The notes beneath the pieces are model-generated. The model saw only the letters and a list, made by a program, of their open reading frames with translations, was not told where the DNA came from and searched no databases. Shown here one piece after another: positions 17,328-22,701 of a DNA stretch of 38,890 bases. The position numbers were made by a program, and so were the translations under genes. The DNA lies in IMG/VR virus record IMGVR_UViG_3300012665_000884, one strand, 5' to 3'. Each line of letters starts with the position of its first letter. Position 1 is the first letter of the stretch. The DNA comes from an uncultured virus (IMG/VR IMGVR_UViG_3300012665_000884). Its lineage: Duplodnaviria; Heunggongvirae; Uroviricota; Caudoviricetes.

Positions 17328-17402
17328 GCACGATTCGTCTATCGGTTAGGACGCTGCCCTTTCAAGGCGGAAAGACGAGTTCGATTCTCGTATCGTGTAC
17401 CA
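17328..17402 (+). tRNA. tRNA-Glu(TTC)
   Basis: CTGCC-ctTTCaa-GGCGG; CCA. Confidence 0.92.
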
Positions 17403-17641
17403 TATTAAATTATATTAGGTTATCAATGCCAGTAGGTAACATAGCATCGTGATGTACACTGCCGAGTGTGCCGTGTCTATGTTACATGAAAGATGGAAAC
17501 GAAGTCTAAGGACGGATACTGTAAATCACGCTGGGTAAGTTGATGCGTAATGTGGTTGACAAACAAATCCATGGACGGCATGGTAGGGCAGTTTCAAAGC
17601 TGTTATTTTTGTCAAACATCCTAGTGTAATTTAATATGGTA
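17398..17641 (+). ncRNA. Inter-tRNA stem cassette B (about 240-nt structured RNA)
   Basis: 22-bp closing stem TACCATATTAAATTATATTAGG/CCTAGTGTAATTTAATATGGTA with multiple internal helices. Confidence 0.7.
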
Positions 17642-17645
17642 GAAT

Positions 17646-17720
17646 GCCTTGATAGCATAAAGGTAGTGCCGTCAACTCATAATTGATATGGTACTGGTTC
17701 GAATCCAGTTCAAGGCACCA
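17646..17720 (+). tRNA. tRNA-Met/Ile2(CAT)
   Basis: GTCAA-ctCATaa-TTGAT; ACCA end. Confidence 0.88.
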
Positions 17721-17724
17721 ACAT

Positions 17725-17798
17725 GGGGGTATAACTTAGTGGTAAAGTGTCTGGCTTTTAACCAGAGAACCAGAGTTCAATTCTCTGTGCCCCTACCA
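17725..17798 (+). tRNA. tRNA-Lys(TTT)
   Basis: TCTGG-ctTTTaa-CCAGA. Confidence 0.92.
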
Positions 17799-17810
17799 TA
17801 TAATAGTTTT

Positions 17811-17896
17811 GGAGAACGAGAAGCATTGGCGACTTCAGGTGACTGTAAATCATCCACCTTCGGGTATACGGGGTTCGATTCCCTGGTTCTCCACCA
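17811..17896 (+). tRNA. tRNA-Tyr(GTA)
   Basis: GGTGA-ctGTAaa-TCATC; variable arm; ACCA end. Confidence 0.9.
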
Positions 17897-17901
17897 AATT
17901 T

Positions 17902-17976
17902 AGTCTCAAAGTGTTCATGGACGCACATCAGCCTGTCACGCTGAAAGAAGGGGATCGTTACCCCTTGGGACTGCCA
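17902..17976 (+). tRNA. tRNA-Asp(GTC)
   Basis: TCAGC-ctGTCac-GCTGA; atypical T-loop ATCGTTA; GCCA end. Confidence 0.88.
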
Positions 17977-17983
17977 AGTTTAT

Positions 17984-18062
17984 TCCGGAAAATCCAAGCA
18001 TGGTGCAAGGACTTGACTGTTAATCAATGATTAGGTGGGTTCGATCCCCACATCCGGAGCCA
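17984..18062 (+). tRNA. tRNA-Asn(GTT)
   Basis: TTGA-ctGTTaa-TCAA; GCCA end. Confidence 0.9.
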
Positions 18063-18066
18063 ACAT

Positions 18067-18143
18067 GCCCTCTTACTCCAATTGGTAGAGAGGACGGCCT
18101 TAGAAGCCGTAAAGTCTGAGTTCGAATCTCAGAGAGGGCACCA
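18067..18143 (+). tRNA. tRNA-Leu(TAG), short variable loop
   Basis: ACGGC-ctTAGaa-GCCGT; 5-nt variable region. Confidence 0.88.
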
Positions 18144-18149
18144 GAGCCT

Positions 18150-18190
18150 CGCCTTGACTGATGGCGTATAAAAGGATAAGTAATCAGTTA
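18150..18190 (+). ncRNA. Putative H-type pseudoknot in a tRNA spacer
   Basis: CGCC/GGCG stem; loop TGACTGAT pairs with ATCAGTTA (18183-18190). Confidence 0.4.
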
Positions 18191-18193
18191 TTT

Positions 18194-18268
18194 GGGCTGT
18201 TAGTGATAATGGTAGCACATGTGCTTTGCAAGCATGAAGCAGGAGTTCGATTCTCCTACGGTCCACCA
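18194..18268 (+). tRNA. tRNA-Ala(TGC)
   Basis: TGTGC-ttTGCaa-GCATG; G3.U70. Confidence 0.92.
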
Positions 18269-18274
18269 AATTCT

Positions 18275-18323
18275 GTAATGATGCGATCCACTCAGTTCAT
18301 TCTGTTTGCAGTAACATCATTAC
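18275..18323 (+). ncRNA. Small stem-closed element in a tRNA spacer
   Basis: Perfect 9-bp GTAATGATG/CATCATTAC enclosing 31 nt. Confidence 0.35.
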
Positions 18324-18327
18324 TTTT

Positions 18328-18401
18328 GCCCTGTTAGTTTAGTGGTAGAGCACCGGTTTTGTAATCCGGGAACGGCAGTTCGATTCTGTCACGGGGCACC
18401 A
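18328..18401 (+). tRNA. tRNA-Thr(TGT)
   Basis: CCGGt-ttTGTaa-tCCGG; ACCA end. Confidence 0.9.
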
Positions 18402-18407
18402 AGTTTT

Positions 18408-18483
18408 CTCTCTAAAGTGTTATCTGGTTGCATCCGCGGTTTGGGGCCGTGTGGTCTAGGTTCAAATCCTAGTAGGGAGACCA
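18408..18483 (+). tRNA. tRNA-Pro(TGG)
   Basis: CGCGG-ttTGGgg-CCGTG; C1-G72; A73. Confidence 0.9.
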
Positions 18484-18510
18484 ATTATAGTAGATTATAG
18501 TAGATTATAG
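18484..18510. repeat. 10-bp tandem repeat, 2.7 copies
   Basis: ATTATAGTAG ATTATAGTAG ATTATAG. Confidence 0.85.
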
Positions 18511-18582
18511 CGGGTAGGGCGGTCACCACACCGGTCTCATAAGCCAGGTGCATCGGCAGTTCGAATCTGTCACCCGCTTCCA
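18509..18582 (+). tRNA. Atypical tRNA-Met(CAT)
   Basis: AGCGGGT/ACCCGCT acceptor, loop ctCATaa, normal T arm; short D arm, bulged anticodon stem, U73. Confidence 0.7.
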
Positions 18583-18587
18583 ATTTT

Positions 18588-18663
18588 GGTGATATAGTTC
18601 AATTGGTAGAACACCACCTTCATACGGTGACTGTTGGGAGTTCAAGTCTCTCTATCACCACCA
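18588..18663 (+). tRNA. tRNA-Met/Ile2(CAT)
   Basis: CACC-ttCATac-GGTG; ACCA end. Confidence 0.85.
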
Positions 18664-18668
18664 ATTAT

Positions 18669-18743
18669 GCAGTAATGGTTGGGTAGGGGCGTAGGCTCCG
18701 CATTCTAGATTCCCGCAAAGGTTCGAGTCCTTTGGCTGCACCA
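18669..18743 (+). ncRNA. tRNA-like RNA lacking canonical D and anticodon arms
   Basis: Acceptor GCAGTaA/TgGCTGC, perfect T arm AAAGG-TTCGAGT-CCTTT, ACCA end; middle does not form a cloverleaf. Confidence 0.65.
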
Positions 18744-18749
18744 AATAAT

Positions 18750-18824
18750 GGGCGATTCGTATAGTGAATAATACACGAGGCTACGAACCTTGAAACAGGA
18801 GTTTGATTCTCTTATTGCCCTCCA
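18750..18824 (+). tRNA. tRNA-Arg(ACG)
   Basis: CGAGG-ctACGaa-CCTTG. Confidence 0.88.
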
Positions 18825-18829
18825 AATTT

Positions 18830-18903
18830 ACCTGGTTAGTTAAATGGTATAACGGAGGCTTGATAAGCCTTTATTACAAGTTCAATTCTTGTACCAGGTA
18901 CCA
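18830..18903 (+). tRNA. tRNA-Ile(GAT)
   Basis: GAGGC-ttGATaa-GCCTT. Confidence 0.9.
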
Positions 18904-18908
18904 AATAT

Positions 18909-18982
18909 ATCTCGTTGGTGTAATGGTAGCACAAGAAACTCCAAATCTCTTGGCGGGAGTTCGATTCTCTCACGGGATACCA
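18909..18982 (+). tRNA. tRNA-Trp(CCA)
   Basis: AGAaA-ctCCAaa-TcTCT; CCA end. Confidence 0.88.
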
Positions 18983-19004
18983 GTTCGTTAGAAAAAGGAA
19001 TAAT

Positions 19005-19475
19005 ATGTACAACGAAAAAATTGACTTGGAAGAAGTGAAAGCATACGTAGAAAATTGTGGTCCAGATACCAAAATTTATCTGGGTTGCGATTCTGAGAAA
19101 GTTAAGGTAAGAGGTGATTGGTATGCTGATTACATTATCGCCATCGTTGTGCATATTGACGGTAAACATGGTTGCAAAATCTTTGGTCAAATTACCAGAG
19201 AACGAGACTATGAAAAACAACGCAACAAGCCTAGAATGCGATTGATGAATGAAGTGTATAAAGTGGCTGATATGTACCTGCAATTATCGGAAATGATTGC
19301 GAATGATATTGAAGTTCATCTTGACATTAACCCTAACCAAATGTATAATTCTAGTATTGTTGTTAACGAAGCGGTAGGATATATAAAGGGTATGTGTAAC
19401 GTAGTGCCTTTGGTTAAGCCAAATGCATTCGCCGCTTCTTACGCCGCAGATAGATTGAAAAGTTTAGCGGCTTAG
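19005..19475 (+). CDS. RNase H-like YkuK (DUF458) family protein
   Basis: KIYLGCDS, IAIVVH...GCKIF, RLMNEV, EVHLDIN, VKPNAFAASYAADR. Confidence 0.85.
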   Translation: MYNEKIDLEEVKAYVENCGPDTKIYLGCDSEKVKVRGDWYADYIIAIVVHIDGKHGCKIFGQITRERDYEKQRNKPRMRLMNEVYKVADMYLQLSEMIANDIEVHLDINPNQMYNSSIVVNEAVGYIKGMCNVVPLVKPNAFAASYAADRLKSLAA

Positions 19476-19515
19476 ACGCCGCACCCCGATGCCCATATCG
19501 TTAAATGGGCAAGTT

Positions 19516-19589
19516 GCGGGATTAGTTTAGTGGTAAAACGTCATCCTTCCAAGTTGAAGTTGCGAGTTCGATTCTCGCATCCCGCTCCA
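19516..19589 (+). tRNA. tRNA-Gly(TCC)
   Basis: GCGGGAT/ATCCCGC; loop ctTCCaa; U73. Confidence 0.92.
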
Positions 19590-19665
19590 TATAAAAACAC
19601 ACTTGACTAAATTCGGGTTCATCCGTGTGACTTAGTTGTTCCTATATTGAGTGTGTTTTTATATG
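19588..19665 (+). ncRNA. Inter-tRNA stem cassette C
   Basis: CATATAAAAACACACTT/GAGTGTGTTTTTATATG (17 bp); internal GACTAA/TTAGTT and CGGG-ttca-TCCG. Confidence 0.6.
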
Positions 19666-19738
19666 CGGGATTGATGTAATGGTTGCCTGTGACCTTGCCA
19701 AGGTTATCGTAGGAGTTCGATTCTCCTATCCCGCTCCA
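19665..19738 (+). tRNA. tRNA-Gly(GCC)
   Basis: TGACC-ttGCCaa-GGTTA; U73. Confidence 0.92.
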
Positions 19739-19744
19739 GTTTAT

Positions 19745-19819
19745 GGTGTCTATAGTTTAGTGGTAAAACCACGGGTTGTGATTCCGTTATCACGGGTTCA
19801 ATTCCCGTTAGACACCCCA
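19745..19819 (+). tRNA. tRNA-His(GTG)
   Basis: ACGGG-ttGTGat-TCCGT; G-1:C73. Confidence 0.92.
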
Positions 19820-19824
19820 ATTAT

Positions 19825-19899
19825 GCCTTGTTAACTCAGCGGTAGAGTGTCTCCCTTACAAGGAGAAGGTCGGCGGTTCGATCCCGTCACAAGGTACCA
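19825..19899 (+). tRNA. tRNA-Val(TAC)
   Basis: TCTCC-ctTACaa-GGAGA. Confidence 0.93.
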
Positions 19900-19904
19900 A
19901 TTAT

Positions 19905-19980
19905 GCAACTTTAGCTGATGTGGTCATAGCGGTGGTTTGAAGAACCATTGAAAGAGGTTCGATTCCTCTAGGTTGCACCA
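19905..19980 (+). tRNA. tRNA-Phe(GAA)
   Basis: GTGGT-ttGAAga-ACCAT. Confidence 0.9.
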
Positions 19981-20107
19981 TATAAAAACATTCTGAGTAA
20001 CTACGGTGGATAAACAGTAAACTTACAAACGCCGGCCAATGTAAGAACCTGCCATGAAGTAGGGTTACCAAGAGATTCAAGGACTCGGCAGAATGTTTCT
20101 ATATGGT
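19977..20107 (+). ncRNA. Inter-tRNA stem cassette D (multi-junction RNA)
   Basis: ACCATATAAAAACATTCTG/CAGAATGTTTCTATATGGT; internal GTAAC/GTTAC, CTTACA/TGTAAG, CCTGC/GTAGG. Confidence 0.65.
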
Positions 20108-20179
20108 TTGTAAACTTTGATGGCGAAGTACCCGGCTCTTACCCGGACTAACAGAGTTCGATTCTCTGACAAACCACCA
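20105..20179 (+). tRNA. tRNA-Lys(CTT)
   Basis: CCGG-ctCTTac-CCGG; ACCA end. Confidence 0.88.
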
Positions 20180-20181
20180 GA

Positions 20182-20327
20182 TTTTGAGATAGACGTTGAG
20201 GTTGAGTCCCTTGTTCGCTAGTGCCCTATTCTTGAGCATGACACACCAGTAGCAGTTCAAGGTTGTTAAACTCCCTCAAACGAGACAAGCCAATGAGTCC
20301 TTAAGAAAGATAGTTGGTCTCTCAAAA
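20182..20327 (+). ncRNA. Putative structured ncRNA (about 145 nt)
   Basis: TTTTGAGA/TCTCAAAA closing stem; TTGAGG/CCTCAA, GAGT/ACTC and CTTGAGC/GTTCAAG nested helices; no ORF. Confidence 0.5.
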
Positions 20328-20352
20328 ACCTATTAGTACTTTTATCTTATAT

Positions 20353-20379
20353 TGACAAATCTTCGGATTATGATATAAT
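20353..20379 (+). promoter_or_regulatory. Sigma70-type promoter
   Basis: TTGACA...TGaTATAAT upstream of the phosphoesterase. Confidence 0.75.
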
Positions 20380-20399
20380 TTAATTTTAGGAGATAACAC

Positions 20400-20927
20400 A
20401 TGTCTAACATTTTTCTTGTAAGTGACACACATTTTGGTCACCTTGGTGTGTGTAAATTTCTCCGCAATGACGGAACAAAACTTCGACCTTGGGATAGTCC
20501 TGAGGAAATGGATGAAGCAATGGTGAAAGCATGGAACGAAACTGTGCGACCAAACGATAAAGTATATCATCTCGGTGATGTTGTTATCAACCGAAAAGCA
20601 CTTGCTACACTTAGCAGACTTAACGGTGATAAAGTCCTTATCAAAGGCAACCATGATATTTTCAGACTTGAAGAATACACCGCACATTTTAGGGACATTC
20701 GTGCTTATCATGTGATGGACAATATCATCATGTCACACATTCCCATACACATGAGTTCAAAAGGCAGATTCAAAGGAAACATTCATGGTCATACACATTC
20801 CAACAATGTAATGATTATGCATGGCGAAAAAGAAACCAATAACATTGATCCTTGGTATCAATGTGTATGTGTTGAACAAACAGATTTCAAACCAATTCCA
20901 TTTGAAGAGGTAAGAAAACGATTTTAA
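20400..20927 (+). CDS. Calcineurin-like metallophosphoesterase
   Basis: SDTHFGH, HLGDV, KGNHD, SHIP and HGHTH motifs. Confidence 0.9.
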   Translation: MSNIFLVSDTHFGHLGVCKFLRNDGTKLRPWDSPEEMDEAMVKAWNETVRPNDKVYHLGDVVINRKALATLSRLNGDKVLIKGNHDIFRLEEYTAHFRDIRAYHVMDNIIMSHIPIHMSSKGRFKGNIHGHTHSNNVMIMHGEKETNNIDPWYQCVCVEQTDFKPIPFEEVRKRF

Positions 20928-20928
20928 T

Positions 20929-21011
20929 GCGGGCATGGTGGAATGGTAGACACAAGAGACTTAAAATCTCTCGCCCTGTGCGTCCCGGTTCGAGTCCGGG
21001 TGCCCGTACCA
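20929..21011 (+). tRNA. tRNA-Leu(TAA)
   Basis: AGAGA-ctTAAaa-TCTCT; variable arm present. Confidence 0.92.
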
Positions 21012-21014
21012 AAT

Positions 21015-21091
21015 GCGCTTATATCCCAATTGGTAGAGGAATCAGTTTCAAACACTGACCAGTGTGAGTTCGAATCTCACTAAGCGTACCA
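21015..21091 (+). tRNA. tRNA-Leu(CAA), short variable loop
   Basis: TCAGT-ttCAAac-ACTGA; 5-nt variable region. Confidence 0.88.
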
Positions 21092-21096
21092 CATAA

Positions 21097-21117
21097 TTAC
21101 TCTACAATTTTTTAAAG
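21097..21117 (+). repeat. Reverse complement of the boxA leaders
   Basis: TTACTCTACAATTTTTTAAAG is complementary to 16514-16534 and 17305-17325. Confidence 0.8.
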
Positions 21118-21122
21118 TATAT

Positions 21123-21197
21123 CCGGCGTTAGTATAATGGATAATACAGCGGTCTTCTACACCGTGAATATGGGTTCGATTCCTGTACGCCGGACCA
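21123..21197 (+). tRNA. tRNA-Arg(TCT)
   Basis: GCGGT-ctTCTac-ACCGT. Confidence 0.92.
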
Positions 21198-21221
21198 TCA
21201 AGTTTCCTAAACATCTGACGA

Positions 21222-21229
21222 TATAAATA
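21222..21229 (+). promoter_or_regulatory. T4-type late promoter
   Basis: Intergenic TATAAATA. Confidence 0.65.
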
Positions 21230-21259
21230 TCAGTGTTGACCTAGGTCAGAAGGAACACA

Positions 21260-21355
21260 ATGCTCAAAAAGTCACCAGTGGCGGTACTTTTTGTTATGGC
21301 TATATTATCAGTCACTGAATCGACTACACCACACCAAACAATTAGGTGGTTCTAA
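21260..21355 (+). CDS. Small hydrophobic protein (31 aa)
   Basis: AAGGA SD; MLKKSPVAVLFVMAILSVTESTTPHQTIRWF; abuts the next ATG. Confidence 0.5.
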   Translation: MLKKSPVAVLFVMAILSVTESTTPHQTIRWF

Positions 21356-22138
21356 ATGGACCCGATTACGCTATTTGCTATGGCGAATGCGGCCGTGTCT
21401 GCCGTCAAAGCTGGTTGTAAACTCTATAAAGATATTAAGGGTGCCGCAGGCGATGTTAAGGACGTCATCAAAGACCTCGATGACCAGTTTAAGCATCAAC
21501 ATCCTCCAGAAAAACCAGCAACAATCGAACAACGTAACCAATTCGTTCAAGAGAAGAATCGTGTTATAGAGTTAAACAAGAAAGGTAACGCCGGTGAAGA
21601 AACTGGAATATACACTGAGATTGGTGAACATCTTGGTGCATATTATGATAACTTCTACAAATGCATGGCAATATTTGATGAAGAGGAGAAACGAGCAGAG
21701 AATGAAGTTTACACCGGTGAAGCATCATTAGGTAAACGTGCGCTCCAGCGTGTTCTAATGAAAAAACAATTAGAACAAATGTCCGTTGAACTGCGTGAGT
21801 TAATGATTTATCAATCTCCTCCTGAACTTGGTGCATTGTATACTGAGGTTGAAGAGATGATGAAACATATGGGTGCTACTCAACGTGTTTTAATTGCAAA
21901 ACAAATGCGTAATAATGAAGCAGATAAAATAAGAAAAAAAAGACGAGGCGAAAGATTGCGTGTTGAAATAGCGATTGGTCTTGCAGGATTGGCACTTGCC
22001 GCATTCATAGGTTCAATGATGGTATATGTTGTGTATGATAGAATCCAAAAATATCCTGCCCTAGGTGATGGAATGATTCCTAAGACAGCGGAACAAAGAC
22101 GAATTGATTCCGCACCAAAAGTATGGAGTGGAAGATAA
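21356..22138 (+). CDS. Helical/coiled-coil membrane protein
   Basis: 260 aa; amphipathic N-terminus MDPITLFAMANAAVSAVKAG; C-terminal TM segment. Confidence 0.8.
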   Translation: MDPITLFAMANAAVSAVKAGCKLYKDIKGAAGDVKDVIKDLDDQFKHQHPPEKPATIEQRNQFVQEKNRVIELNKKGNAGEETGIYTEIGEHLGAYYDNFYKCMAIFDEEEKRAENEVYTGEASLGKRALQRVLMKKQLEQMSVELRELMIYQSPPELGALYTEVEEMMKHMGATQRVLIAKQMRNNEADKIRKKRRGERLRVEIAIGLAGLALAAFIGSMMVYVVYDRIQKYPALGDGMIPKTAEQRRIDSAPKVWSGR

Positions 22139-22278
22139 TGAAGATGCCTTGGAGTAATCTATTGCAATATGGCGAAGCATTCGCAACAATAATTGTATTG
22201 TGTTGTGCAGGCATAATTTTAATGTCTGCTGTGGGTATCGCCGTTCTGATAACAAAATTTTCAGCATTCATTAGGTAA
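22138..22278 (+). CDS. Small membrane protein (46 aa)
   Basis: Manual translation MKMPWSNLLQYGEAFATIIVLCCAGIILMSAVGIAVLITKFSAFIR; TAATG coupling. Confidence 0.6.
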   Translation: MKMPWSNLLQYGEAFATIIVLCCAGIILMSAVGIAVLITKFSAFIR

Positions 22279-22379
22279 TACACTTTAGATACGGATATCG
22301 GCCACCGTATCAGAATCGTTTGGTAAACAAAAGTACTAAAACGAGAATTTCAGAGGCCGAATTTCTTGATAAAAAACAC

Positions 22380-22408
22380 TTGACAAATTTTCCATTCCTG
22401 CTATACTG
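22380..22408 (+). promoter_or_regulatory. Sigma70-type promoter
   Basis: TTGACA-17-TATACT with TG extension. Confidence 0.8.
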
Positions 22409-22434
22409 ATTCCATAGATTGATAAGGAGTTCGT

Positions 22435-22638
22435 ATGACTTGGAATTTAGAAGGCAAAAAAGTTGCTGGTAAGTACTTGGAAGAGTATCCTTTCATTGGT
22501 GTGGTTGTTGAAAGCCGTGTTAAGTACGGCGGTAAGGTTTGTAATACTATCTTACTAGATGCACCAATCGTGGTGTTCGGTGAGTTTCGTACCCGTGTGC
22601 TGGTAGAGACTGACCAAATTAGTCAAGTATTCGCTTGA
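22435..22638 (+). CDS. Hypothetical protein
   Basis: AAGGAG SD; GVVVESRVKYGG. Confidence 0.75.
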   Translation: MTWNLEGKKVAGKYLEEYPFIGVVVESRVKYGGKVCNTILLDAPIVVFGEFRTRVLVETDQISQVFA

Positions 22639-22642
22639 CCGC

Positions 22643-22701
22643 TTGACAAAGTTCCCAAACTGTGGTATAATTAACTCAAGAAATCAGAAAGAGAGAACAA
22701 A
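22643..22701 (+). promoter_or_regulatory. Early promoter module with conserved leader
   Basis: TTGACA-17-TATAAT then TAACTCAAGAAATCAGAAAGAGAG, as at 6933-6962. Confidence 0.85.

Noticed and set aside
17398..17641. RNase P RNA or group I intron
   Set aside because: No GAGGAAAGUCC/P4 signature or P7 core is recognisable, and the element does not interrupt a gene
18144..18190. HDV-like (theta) ribozyme after tRNA-Leu
   Set aside because: CCTCGC resembles the HDV L3 loop, but I could not build the P1/P2/P3 nested double pseudoknot
18484..18510. Functional role for the 10-bp tandem repeat
   Set aside because: Most simply a slippage duplication or assembly artefact in a tRNA spacer
18669..18743. 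Possible amber suppressor (TTCTAGA in the middle region)
   Set aside because: No anticodon stem flanks the CTA, and genes end normally in TAG/TGA with no sign of recoding
16516..19072. ORF-track entries overlapping tRNAs (16516-16734, 16634-16879, 17688-17903, 17809-18030, 18803-18991, 18836-19072)
   Set aside because: They are translations of tRNA genes or their antisense
19487..19511. Mini-pseudoknot (CGAT/ATCG with GCCCAT/ATGGGC) before tRNA-Gly
   Set aside because: Equally explained by a simple 7-bp hairpin; too short to support
21015..21091. Possible opal (TCA) suppressor or Sec tRNA from TTTCAAA
   Set aside because: The stem TCAGT/ACTGA sets the 7-nt loop as TT-CAA-AC, so the anticodon is CAA (Leu)
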